From contig CM022674.1 of assembly GCA_012295275.1 (NCBI GenBank), forward strand, positions 4,836,001 to 4,900,000: 64,000 bases of DNA, read 5' to 3'. The notes under the pieces were generated by a model that saw only the letters and a list, made by a program, of their open reading frames with translations, was not told the origin of the DNA and did not search any database. The first letter of the stretch is position 1; each line of letters starts with the position of its first letter. Position numbers and translations under genes: made by a program. Positions 18,204-31,800 of the stretch are shown piece by piece. The DNA comes from Chrysomallon squamiferum. Its lineage: Eukaryota > Animalia > Mollusca.

Positions 18204-18903
18204 AAATAAATACTGTATTGCTTAGATAATAGTTCTGTAAAAAGTGTGACAGTTTTAACTAATTTTTCCTCATCAAGGAATAAAAATAAGTTAAGTATTT
18301 ATCTGTATATATCTATATATATAGATATATACTTGTTTACAGAGCTAACAATTGACAATGTCTACAAATTAATCTGTTACAGATAAAAACAAACTGTATG
18401 GCTTAGATATTTAAAAACAAATTATGCAATTAAAATTTCTTTATGTCAACAAACTTTATGTCAACTTCTCTGATCTCCAAGGATTACAATAACAGTCACC
18501 AAATATACCATCACCTACATGGTATCTAAATTTTTTTTTTTTAATTTTTTTAATTTTTATAAAACAGTTGCTATGAGGGATAAACCTACCACCATTGGTG
18601 ACAGGTTTGTCAGGAAACTTGATGAGGACATCGTATTTCTTGGTGATTTCTTTGATGTTGCTCCCCAGAGAGCCCATCACTGTGCGATGGTACTTCTGCT
18701 CAATGATACATTCTGTGGTTACTTGGGCATCCTGTCGAATTACAAAACACTTATCATCGTCTTATGTCAAAAACAGAGTTTTAAAAGAACAATTTATGAA
18801 AAGTTTGTTTGAAAATCTCTAGAAAAACTGATGACGAAACCACTTGGGCATCTTCTTAAAATACAACATTTAATTTTAAAAAAATACAGGTAATGTTTAA
18901 AAG

Positions 18904-18934
<31 letters not shown>

Positions 18935-19057
18935 TGCCTTTGTATTTTTTTAAAATATCCAGTATTAGTGATAAAACTATTTAAAACACACCTTTTGTTA
19001 ATTTTTTAATTACTTACTTCATCATTTTAAAAATTTAAGTCTTTTTGTTATTATTAC

Positions 19058-19090
<33 letters not shown>

Positions 19091-19670
19091 AATGTTTACA
19101 GTCCACACACAAATAAAGCATCACCACAATCATGATATAACCAAACATGATCATTTCTAATTCAACCTCTGTTTAACACATAGATTCATTTTTTTTTTAA
19201 AGATTTAATTTTTAATTTTATCATATTTTATTTATTTATTAATTTTATTAATTTTTTAAAAACCAGACAAACTATATACGAGTTTGAACAGCATTGAATC
19301 ACAGATACTTTCAATTATCGGAACAAATCTTTCATCACAACTAATCAAAATTTTAAAATAAGACTTTATCAGATCAGCCACATCAGAATTTATCAGATCT
19401 TGGACACACAAACTTACCAGATCGGCTACGATGTCGAGGATTCTCTTTTTGGCTCCTTCGACGCATTCCTTGGAGCCTTTGATGATCACTTCTGAGCTTT
19501 TCACTCCACTTCGAGGAAAGCTGACTGTCACTCCGCCATACTCCTCAGCAATTTGTCGCAGCACCTCCCCCCTGCGAGCTACAAAGTGACGATGATGTTT
19601 CGGGTCAACGTTGAACCTCAGCTCCTCAATGTTGTCCTGGAAAAGGAAAATAATAATAATAATAATAGTA

Positions 19671-19712
<42 letters not shown>

Positions 19713-19806
19713 GTAATAGTAATAGTAATAGTAATAGTTAATAGTAATAGTTCCAGTAGTAGAACTATAGCATTAGTAGAATTTAGTTTTTGTTGTTGTT
19801 GTAGTT

Positions 19807-19845
<39 letters not shown>

Positions 19846-22800
19846 AGTAGCAATCAAAATTATAAAAAACAAAAAATGTAATATAAAGTAAATTTTCAAA
19901 GGTTTATAAAACAAAGTAGAAAAAGACCTTGATTTTTCTTTAGAAATTTATGATGTAGTTTTTTTTTTAAATTTTGGGTTATGCCTATTTTTTTCTAAAA
20001 TAAGGGTGGTTTCTTTTTTGCTTTGTTATTTTAAAAGAAACATTCTCAAATTATTAAAAAAAATGTATTATTAACAACAAAATATTTAAATGAAGTTTAT
20101 GTTTGCTTGTATTTAATTTCTGAAGGAATATGAATCTAACTGCCTTTACTATCCTGACATTTGTAAACAAAAATATGTATTTTCTTAAGATCTATACAAA
20201 AATGAAAACTTTACCCGTCTTTAATGATATTTTGCAACCCCTTAAATATTTACTTTCAGAAGACTTCATTTTCCTAAAAAAATGTATCCACATGGTATAT
20301 AATTCTAAATAATTTAAATTTCTGGGGACCCATTATAATTCTGATTCTTATGCATTTTGAAATTCCATAAATTATACAAATAATTACAAAAGAATTGGCA
20401 GAAACATACCAGATTTTTAATCAGCTGTTCGATTTCTTTCTGGGCTTTTTTCACTGACTCCTCTTTTCCAACTATTGTAATGGTTTCTTGGTCTGGGTCT
20501 TGCTCTGTTGGGAAAATAATCCTAGCACCAGTGCTCTCCCTTACCTGAATTTTCAAAAGAATATTTCTTTCAATAAACACATTTATATTATTATTATCCA
20601 TTTATTTGAATCCTTTTTATTGAAATTTTTTAAACATCTGGTTATCGATATCAAACATTATTTGAAAGAAAAGATTGAGATGGAGAGAGTGAGAGAGAGA
20701 GAGAATATTTTAGAAAGCAAGAAACAAGTACAAAATTAAATAAATAATTAAATAAAATGTTTCAACTGTTCAATAATATTAGCAGAGCATATTGTTAAAT
20801 ATCTGTATCTGCTGCAACACACTGAGATAATGATCACATACTACTCGTACAAAAAAAACAATAATTAACATTCTTTTTTAATTTTATTTGTGATTTTTCT
20901 TTTTTCTTTTTTACCTTTCTGATATTTGCTCCTCCTTTGCCAATCAAAAACTTGTGGTACTGGGCTTGGCCTGAAGTTCGGCTGTGTAACTGGACAGTTG
21001 CTGAAACAAAGCATTTAAAAACAGTTACAGGTCCGTCTGCTTCAAGCAAAACTGTTTTTAGTAACAGCAGCCATCACTAACAAATCTTTATTTGCACTAA
21101 GCATAAACAAAAACATTCTGATTTAGAAAATTATTTCAACAAGATGAACATTTTTGTTTCCCGGAAACTTGAATTTTAAAGCTTTAACCATTAATAAATT
21201 AAAAAAAATTAAGGACGTATTTAAATGATAACAGTTAGGTGTTGGTAGTATCGTTTCTTTTCTTCTAATTTTATTTTCGTAATCCTGAAAATATTTTTGT
21301 AAACTCAGATACAGATAAATTGTAATTCTGGATACAGAAAAACATACAATTCTAAAGAGAGAAAGATATACAATTCTAGGTAGAGAATTCTAGAGAAATT
21401 ATAAATTTTGAAACCAATTCTTGACAGAAATATTCATAAACCCAGACACTGAAAAAACACTCTTAACACTACAAAGAAACTTGTAAAAATAGATAAAAAA
21501 ACCCCCACTATAATCCTGTAACTATTTTAATCTTTGAGACAGAGAAACTATTACATTCCTACAGAAACAGAGACAGACACTATCACAATCCTAGAGACAG
21601 ATCAACTATTGTAAATCTTAGTTAAAATAAACCATTTTTTATTCTACACACACAAGCAGCAGCAACAGACATACCTTCTCGCTGGTAAGTTCTTGAAGCT
21701 GTTTCCTGGCATTTTCAACATCTTCGACTGGTCCGCGAATTGTTACTTTGTCACTGGTTGAGTTCTCTGCAGGGAATCGAATGATCACACCACCACATTC
21801 ATCCATAATGGCGCGAATCAGGCGACCTTTAGCTCCAATGATGGAATTGTGCAGCCTGTGAGGAATGTCCACAGATATTTCCTTTATGTTTGCCTGTTAG
21901 AAGTGACAAAATAAACTTATTACTATATCAGTAAAAACATTAAACTAAAGTGAATTTCAACCATGGAAATGCTAAGTCATTATTATTATTTGTTTGTTTG
22001 TTTCTTTCTTTCTTTGTTTCTTTATTTATTTATTTATTTAGTTAGTTAGTTAGTTAGTTAGTTGCTTATTTATTATCCACAGAAGAAAACTAATGTGAAG
22101 ATTAACAAGAAAAATGTGATACTTTAATTTTCCCTTTAAACATCATTCAATGAAAATTTTTACACCAGCACATTTTATTAACTTGTGATGTAAATATATA
22201 ACAATCAAACTTGCACTGTTATTTTGATATACTTGGATTACCCATTTGTAATGGCTGCTGTATTTGTTAATCTAGTTTTTCTCTAATCCTTCACGTGTTA
22301 ATGCTGACTGCTGAACATTTAGCAAAGGAATCAAGGACAAACTAACTTGATCCTTAATGACTTGAGTGAGAGCAAACAGCCAATCTGTTTATTTTAATTT
22401 CTTTATATTTTTTTTTATTTACTCGCTTATTTTTATATATATATATATATATATTTTTATAATTAATCTGTGCTCAGATGTGGTTAATTAATCAAAACAC
22501 AAATACATCGGCTGAACAGACTTTGAAATGTTGAGTGAAGAGAACAACACAGGTCAGTTAATCAAATTAGAAAGTTCAAACTCTAAGTAGAGTCTATTTA
22601 CATTAATATACGAGATTGTTTTTATCTGACCACGCTATTCACATTAATTTTAAAATTTACAATATAACGATGATGAACAAATAACCGTGTATAGCAAAGA
22701 CAGGACTTAGTACATGAGAAAATAAGCCTGCCAATTTTATAGTTAAAAGAAGTAAAAAAAAGGTAAAGACTGTACCAGCTGTTTCTGAATAGCCTCAATC

Positions 22801-25800
22801 TTCAGCTTGGCAGTTTGGACGTTGGCTTTCTTTCCAGTGATGGTGATAACGTCAGACTCGTTGTTCTCACTGGGCAGATCAATCTTTGTGTCCGTCTCAT
22901 CTCGAATCTGAATTAAACGTTCGTAACATGTGGGTAATTAGAACGATACAGCTCATTCTGATATTAATATCCTCACTACAGATATTAATCTGATTTTTTT
23001 TTTTTTTTTTACTTCAGTAGAAGCAGACAGTATCCTGATGTTTCTTTTTTTTAGTGGAGTGATTAAAACTCGATACAGTCACTGGAGATTCTGTTATCTC
23101 TAATATACTGTGACTGCTAAAATGGACAATGTTAGATAGAGAGGTAGTCCAATAAGAGATTAAATTAACAAACTCATCACTGCTGAATAAACTTTTCAAT
23201 TTAACCACCAGTAATCTATTACTTTTAATTTCTGAAAGTGGCAATGACTAGATCAAAACCATCAACTGGACTGGATATAAAGATAACATAACAACAACAA
23301 CAGCAGCAACAACTATAAAACAAATTAAAAAAAAGTAAGGACAAACCTTTCTAATGTTGGTTCCTCCCTTGCCAATAATATTTTTATGGAATCCTTTGAA
23401 GATATGAACCTGAGCTTGGTAATTGCTCTCAATCTGAAAATATAGAATATAAACTCTGCAATTTTATGAATGTCTCACTTTTCATTTACGACATATTAAA
23501 CTGGTTGTTAATAGAACATAAATGTTAAATAATAAACCCACAAAATTTTTATATGTTCCTTAGACTGGTATTTCTTTTAGTATATTCTATTACAATTTAT
23601 CCCTCTATGTTTAACAGACTTCAGAGGCATTAACAATTAAAGTGTAGAGTATTTCCTCACTGTATTTCAGATGGCTAAATTTATGTTTTTGAGAAAAAGG
23701 TCTACAAATTCTAATTCTATCCCTCATACCTAATTTTACAAGAATTGTGCATCAAGTTTCAAATATACTAATTCTTCAACTCCATAATTCCTTATATTTC
23801 AAAATGACATACTGTAAACCATTTCTCTATCTCTCTCACAGTATCGTTGATTATTATCTTTGTTTATAGTTTTAGTATTTTATTAGTACTGAAGTAAGCT
23901 ACAGTTACAAAATATAAACACAAGAAAAACAGCATCGCACCATGTCTTCGTGCATCTTCTGCATGTACTTGTAAGCTTTGTCAACGTCGTTTTTGGGTCC
24001 GCGAAGAGTGACAACGTCACTCTTTTTGCCAGGGTCGGGGAAAGTTATCTGCACTTGGTTGAATTTGTCTCGAATTTCCCTGATTTTCTCTCCTTTTGCA
24101 CCAATGATAGTTTTTGTGAAATCTCTGCTCAATAATGATGTCCTTTGATTTTTCGTTTTCCTGACAAATTAGAAATTAATTTCAGTTGAAAATTTATTAA
24201 ATTTGTATTTAAAAAAAAAATATATATATATATATTAAACAGAAGAATTAATTATAATTATTGAATTTTCAAAGTAGTTGAAAATTAAAAAAAAGCAAAT
24301 AAATTCAAAAGGTATCTTATATTCAAAGTGAAATTCACATATAAAAAAAAAAACAACAAAACATTTCAATCATACAATTACGACTTGCTAATTCATGTAA
24401 GCAAAGATACTTTTCTTATAATTCGTTCAAAGAAGGATCTAAAATTTCATCTCAATTAATACCAGTAAATTATTCAATTTAAATTTAAATTTTAAATCTA
24501 ATTTAGCAATATATTATCATTTCAACATAATAACTTTTTTAAATCTGATTTAAAAACGTATCATCATTTCAGTGTAATTATGTGATTTACCAATATGTTA
24601 TCATCACAGTGCAATTCATATTTTTTCGAATCTTGTATCTCGGTGAAATATTTACCATTCTGTGAGCCATTTCCATCAGCTCATCCTTTGCTTTCTGCAC
24701 ACCTTTTGGGTCTCCCTCAATGCGAATGATATTACTATTCTCACTGTCAGAAGGAATACGTATTGCTACTCCAGTTTCATTCTTAATTCTCGTAACTAAG
24801 AAACAAACAGCATCATTAATAATGTTCTTACACGTAAACGAAAATTTCCGTAAAACATGTAAAGATGAGACATCCATTACTCAATGTATTTTGAAATAAA
24901 TCACTCTTTAAACAAAATTTTATAAAAATTTCTAAAAAGTGTTACCTACACTAAAAGGTGTGAAAATCTTGGGGAAAAGTGAATTTTTAATTAACCACTG
25001 AATGAAAAATTATTAATTATTTAACGGCACTTAAATATCAGCAATTACATATTAATGTGTTTTTTAATATCCCCTACGATAATGGTATTTAGAGAAACCA
25101 AACTAATCAAATGCCTTCCTAAAGTATGTCAAATCAGACTTCGATAAACAATTTCTGAGGTGTAGCCTGGTATGGTCAACAGACCAACTTGTATACACAA
25201 AACGATATTTAAATGACTAATGTTCAACAAAACCTATTAAAAAGTGTTAATTTAATACAAAGTGCTATATACAGGAAGACAAATGACAAACAACTATCAT
25301 TAAAATGTTAATAAAAAAAATCTAATTGCATACAAGTGGTTATATATATTGCATATACATGTTCATCAAGTCCTATTATAAAGTATTGATTAAAATAACA
25401 CTCACTGTTTGAGCCACCTTTGCCAATGATATGTTTGTGAAATCGCTGATCGACACTTATTTCAGCAAAGTCCATTCGGTTTTTCTGAAATAAAATTTAT
25501 TTCATCTAACACTGATCTGTGGTTTTTTGTTAACAATAATTTATATTATTTTAAAAGGTGGGTAAAAAATAAAGTGCTCTAATTATGAATGTTAACCTAT
25601 TTTTAATTACCACATTCAATTATATTTAATTACCACATTCATGTTTACATTTACGTACCAAAGGTAAATCAGAAAAACTGTTTTTTTCAGGTTTTTTCAC
25701 CTCACTGTTTAAATATTATTTACATATATATATATATTGTTATTATTATTGTCACTAACATCAATCATGATATTATTTATATTAATAATAATGTCTACAT

Positions 25801-28800
25801 GATAGTTTTAATTAACAAATAAGTGAAAGCATTAGAAGAACTTGAAAGACAACACAGAACAAAACTAAACTAAACCCAATAATCAAAGGGAGACAACTCT
25901 GGATACATCCGATTTAAAAATGAACGAATAGTTAACACTGCTAACCAGATCTTGAATAATTTTCTCCAAAGCTTTCACAGCCAGGCTAACTTCTTCAGGT
26001 GGTCCCTCCACCGTGATTTTGTCTTGACCTTCAGTGAACTCTATATGAACCTGCCAAATTAAAAAAAACATCCATTACTCACTTTAGTTATCATTTACTT
26101 ACTAGGACATTACGACTGAGTGTAGAAGGTTTAAAGAGATGACCACATGGCTCGTAAAACACACACATCACAGTTTTACTAACCTCACTTTTAATTTTGT
26201 GATCAAAACAGGAAAAAGACAATTTTTGAAAAAAAAAAATTGTTCCTTGTGTTAACAAAGGAACCTTTATTATACATAACAAAAATCTAAATTTAAAATC
26301 TACATTGTGTAAGCGTACTCTTTATTTGTGTGTGTATATATATATAAATACCGAAAATTCATTTCAGAGTTTTAAGAGCCTTTTCATTACTACTACACCA
26401 ATAGTGCTCAAAATTTATAAACTTTGGGGTTTTTTTTTCCCTTATAATAAATGATGCTGCTTATAAGTAATACTTTAATCATCTGAGATTAAAAGGGTAT
26501 TATAAATGATTTACCTTTGTATATTCTCCGGTGACGTTACGGATGTTTTGTCCTTTCTTGCCAATGATGAATCGATGAAGCCAGTGAGGAGCAAGGACAC
26601 TGGCAAAAACAACACTGTTAGCCTGAAAGAGATTAATCAAAATAAATCTTTATTAGTTCAAAGAAACAACTACTATTTCACGTTAAGGTTCAAGTACAAA
26701 TTTTTAAAAAATTATTTATGTTTAAATGTCAGTGCCAATGGGTTAATTGCTCTCATTTATTTAAAAAAAAAAATAATAATAATAAAAATTAAAATTTTAG
26801 AATAACAGAACATAAATGGAAAGAATTTGTGGGATATAACAAGCACTGACTTCTGATCAAGACTGAAAAGAATGAAAGGATTATCGCCACCTGTGTAGAA
26901 TATTACCTCAGCTAGTAGCTACAATACAGTTAAATAAATTTTAAAAAATCAAATAAAACAAGATAAAAAAGGTTACCATGAACTCTGCACAACATTTCTC
27001 CAGCTGTTAGTTTTCATACTAAGTTTGACATATGAAACATTTATGAAATCTATTAACTGTTCACCCTAATCACTATGTAGCTGTGCAAAAATGTATGAGC
27101 AGTTATTCTGCACTATCGTTTTACTATAAGAAAAAAAATATCTAAATTTTACAGACTGTAAATTAAAAGATCAATAGTTTATCAGTTTTTATGGTATCTT
27201 GTACTTAGTTCAAATTTAAATGTAAGTCAACAAAAACCGTCAGATAAAATCTTAAAAAAAAAAAAATTGTTTATCGTTGCCATCTATGAAACTCGAAAAC
27301 TTTTAATGTCAACCAATACAGACACATTATTTAGTGATAATAATCTCTGGTGTACTGTACACATTCAGCACAATGCATGGGGGTTTTGTTTGCTTTTATC
27401 GCAGTCTAGAGTTTTGCTGATAACAATCCATCTTTGGAAGGTCAAGTTAGTAAACTTGTTTATTTATGTTTGACAAGACCATAGCAAGAACTTGCCTGTG
27501 TCAGTGAAACTGTTTGTACCTTTGAAAACATCATAGTGAGAACTTATCAGAATTAATAAATTTGTGTATTTATCTTTGAATATACCATAGTGAGAACGCA
27601 GACAGTAAATTTGTGTGCTTACCTTCGAATACACCATAGTCAGAGTGCAGACAGTAAATTTGTGTGTTTACCTTCGAATACACCACAGTGAGAACACAGA
27701 CAGTAAATTTGTGTGCTTACCTTCGAGTACACCATAGTGAGACTGCAGACAGTAGATTTGTGTGCTTACCTTCGAGTACACCATAGTGAGTGCAGGTCCG
27801 AGTTTGTCCTGTTCACCACGAAGTGTGATTGTCTCTGATGAGCTGTCCAGTGGAGGAACCTCAACAGACACCTGTGTGGCTGCCAGGATCTCCGCTAGGC
27901 CGCTGCCCCTGGGGCCGATGATGTACTTGTGCTGCGACTTCCCAACCTCCACTGAAACCGTCTGACATTTTCTTTTCTGAACGCAAATTAAAAACAAAAT
28001 TTAGTATAAATTAATATCACTAACTAATCTTTTTATGCACTGACTACTTGTAGATGAGATACCTCAGCTGAAAACTGTGAAAGCTAAAGCTACAGTGTAT
28101 GTATTAACTTGTTTATAATCTATTTGTGGATTAGTGTCTGGCAATAGCAATAAAATTAAAGTTTGTTAACTGATGTTAAAATTCTTCAGTATTTTCTTAA
28201 GACTTATTTTTTATTACATCACATAATCTCAGATGTAATTTAAGTGTATCACTGACCAACATGGTCTTATTTTTTTTTAAATCTTTATGACCTAAATAGT
28301 GGGTACTATTTCAGTAAATTACATGATAAACTTATTTTAGAACAGACTAAAATAATTCTACTAATTTATAGCTATTTCACATACAGATATAATCTTTCCT
28401 TTTGTTAAAATGATTATAATTTATTATTTCGCACACAGATTCAGCATTAACCTACTGTTATAATTCTTCCAACAATTTATAAACATTTCCAACATGGCCT
28501 TACCGTTTTGCTAAAATTAATGTACTATTTCGCACACAGATTCAGCATTAACCTACTGTTAAAAATTCTTCTAATAATTTCTTAAAAATATTTCCGAGGC
28601 CGAATTTTTCCTATACCTTTTCTTCGTAGATCATCATGATCTTTCCAACATGGCCTTACCTTTTTGCTAAAATTAATGTACTATTTCGCACACAGATCCA
28701 GCATTAACCTTACTGTTAAAAATTCTAATAATTTCTCAAAAATATTTCCGAGGCCGAATTTCTCCTATACCTTTTCTTCGTAGATCATCATGATGGTCTG

Positions 28801-31800
28801 CTTGCACTTCATCACTCCATCTGTCTCTCCCGACACAACAATCTCGTCTTTCATCACACTTGGAGGTGGCACGTTGATCTTTGCCCCAGTGTCCTCCATC
28901 AGCTGTTTGATTGTCGCATTGTTTGGCCCGCAGATGAACGGGTGGAACACCTTCAGCACAGGCAGCCGCTCGAACGACAGCTTAGCCTTAACGAGAAGAA
29001 AATGTCCACTCGTTTTATATTTAATATCGAATGGAAACTGATAAAAAAATACAGGTTGAGAAGCCCAAAATTTTGAAATTCAAAACTTTTTACGAGCAGC
29101 AGAAATAATAATATCTTTCAGACTTTTTTTTTGGGTGTATACAAACCACATTTAATGCACAAAAATATTAAAAATATTATTTTTTAAAAATTCAGGAGAC
29201 TATTTGTGTAAGCTGTATATGAAAACTAAATGGAATTTAGACATAGATTCTATTTTCATGCTATCTCTTTATATTCCAAAATATGAAACATGGTCCCAAT
29301 CATTTTGGATAAAGGATTCTCAACCTGTATAGATATTAAGCTCTGATATAAATTATATTTTATAAAAAGAAGAAAAAGGAGTTAATATTTAGTTCATTTC
29401 AAAACACAAAAAATATTTATCATATGTTTTGTTGGGAATAGCAGATGCTTTTATTTAATCATTTAGTTTATTATCTAAGGCTATACAAAGCACTTTCATG
29501 AAGCTGTACATTATTCAGAGCTATTGTTATTTTGATTTAAAATTATTTTAGAGTTTCCAAAATAAACAAGTTAGGTGGGAAAAATAATTATTTTCTTTTT
29601 ATTCTTTTTTTAAATCATAACGAAACAGCACTGAAATTCGGACCACTCCTAAAATTATTGACATTTTTGCATTCTGTATTTCTGCCATTATATCATTCTG
29701 TTCTCAGCTACATAAAATGATAGAACTTAATGATACCTGTTCGTCAGAAATGCACTGTATCTCGTGGCGAGCTTTGTCGATGCCATCCTTTGTGCCAACA
29801 ATCCTGATAATGTCTGTACCATCTTCCGGTCGGGGCAGAGATATCTTGGTAGCTGTTGCCAATTCCAGTTCCTGAAGCTTTTTGCCACTTTTTCCGAGAA
29901 TGAATCGATGGTGTTCTCTTGGTATTTTCAGTTGGACATTTGCCTAAAATAAGTGAAGTGAATATCGAAGTTTTTTTTAATTATTTATTTTTTTTCAACA
30001 GAAAAACTCTTTTGTTTATATGGAGTCTTTTTTGAACAATCCACACAAAGTATTTACATTGATAAAATGTTAATCAGTGTAAAACATCTGGTATTTAACA
30101 GACTGTAATATAAAACCATTATGTGTTTGATTCTTTCAAGCATTTTGATATAGAATAGTCTCAATTTAATCAGTCTACTGGGTTTTTTTTAAATTTAAAG
30201 CATTATGATATATAAAATGCAAGCCTTTTATTACATTACTTTCGGGGATTCCTAGAATGACTCACAAAAGCTGTGACAATAAAATCAACGTATTGTTCAA
30301 ACACTGCCATTGTATCAGTTGACAGACAGAGTCATGATCCCACTGCATACAGGACAATAATTCTTTTGAAAACAAAATCAATCCACAAAAACTTAAAAGT
30401 GTTTGTCAATAGAAAAAAAAAAACAACACAAAAAAACAGAGAACTTTTTTAAAACTTCCTTGCTGTCAAGCAATGGTCAGGTTCAAAGGTTGCCTGATTT
30501 AAGAGTTCAACCAGTTTTAACGTCTATTTATAAAATAAATAATAAAAAAAAATTTTAAAAATTAAAAAATAATAAATAACAAAATTAAATAATAATGGGT
30601 CATTTACCTGGGTTTGAAGTTTGGTGACCACATCTCGTCTGGCTTTCATCACATCGTCAGCTTTGCCATGAATAACAACAGTCAGACTTTGGTCTCTAGC
30701 CAAACTTATTTCAATAGTCACGTCTTCGAGTGAAAACAAAAAATAACTTAAAGATTATATTACACGACAAACAATAAAATACATTATTAAAAAAACATTA
30801 TTTCTTTGGGACAAGGATTTAACTACAAATACACTATATTTCTTTTTTTTTAATTTGTTGTTATTTTTTTTATGTTTCTATGCTTTAACTGAACAATTTA
30901 CATAAATTTACACCTTCAAGCAAATAAAGTATCCATTATCAAATTCATTAAATGTAAATTCTTTTTGCATGTGTTTCATTCAAATATATATATATAGATT
31001 TGTTTACACAAAATTAATGTTTATTTCTATGAATTTCAAATTACTTTTATGGCAGAATTTTACATCAAACACAACATTTGGAATTTATGCAATAAATTAA
31101 CATTGGTAAATTGATATTAACTTTACTATGTCATTATAAATTTATTACAGTAATGGAAATACTACATAACACAAGATTAATCATGCATACTTAATAATGC
31201 TTGACTGTAAATTAAGCAATACAACTCTCTGAACAATTCTGCAGCATCAGTAAAAAAAAAAAACTATTTCCATTGTTAACAGACAATTTTTACTTGGATG
31301 TTTTTTTTTTTTTTTTAAATTTAATCATTATATTATGCACATTTCAGTGTTAATGTTACTTCATTGTGCAGGTTTGTATGACAAACAGATTTTTCCAAAT
31401 TTTGAAATTCTACTGAAACAAAAAAAAAGAAATTTTAAAAAAAATAGCTTTGATGCTACCAACAAAATCAAAATTTAAATTAGGGTAATGAAGATGATAA
31501 TACATTTTTAGTAATTTAAAATCTTACTTTTCCGTGCCATAATGTCCTTGCAAATTTTCGCCTGCTCACTTTCCTCACCAAACTGACTCTCCTTCATTTC
31601 TTTGAATCGTCGTTCTTCAAGCGGAACAGTAAAAACCTGAATTAATTAAAAAAAACATTAAATTTTAAAACCAAACATGAGAAAGTAATGTTTGCAAAGA
31701 ACCCACAAAGATAATACAAAAATATATACAGTTGGCTTTGACCAAAGAAGATTGAAAAAAACAAAAAAAAAACATAAATTTGAATTTGCCAGTCTTAAAA

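Noticed and set aside
22240-22390. GC-richer intronic block with TGGCTG/CAGCCA ends, candidate H/ACA RNA or poison exon
   Set aside because: No clear two-hairpin layout and no pyrimidine tract
23014-23180. Possible intronic C/D snoRNA (minus GTGATGA ... CTGA with hairpin at 23076-23116)
   Set aside because: No terminal stem outside the boxes and no convincing rRNA or snRNA guide recognised; needs Infernal or snoscan
20915-24160. Programmed or compensating frameshifts, or vigilin pseudogene
   Set aside because: A stop follows the first shift, both indels sit in homopolymers, and all other exons and splice sites are intact
27500-27790. Direct-repeat arrays (also 32208-32778) as CRISPR
   Set aside because: No unique spacers, no cas genes, eukaryotic intron context
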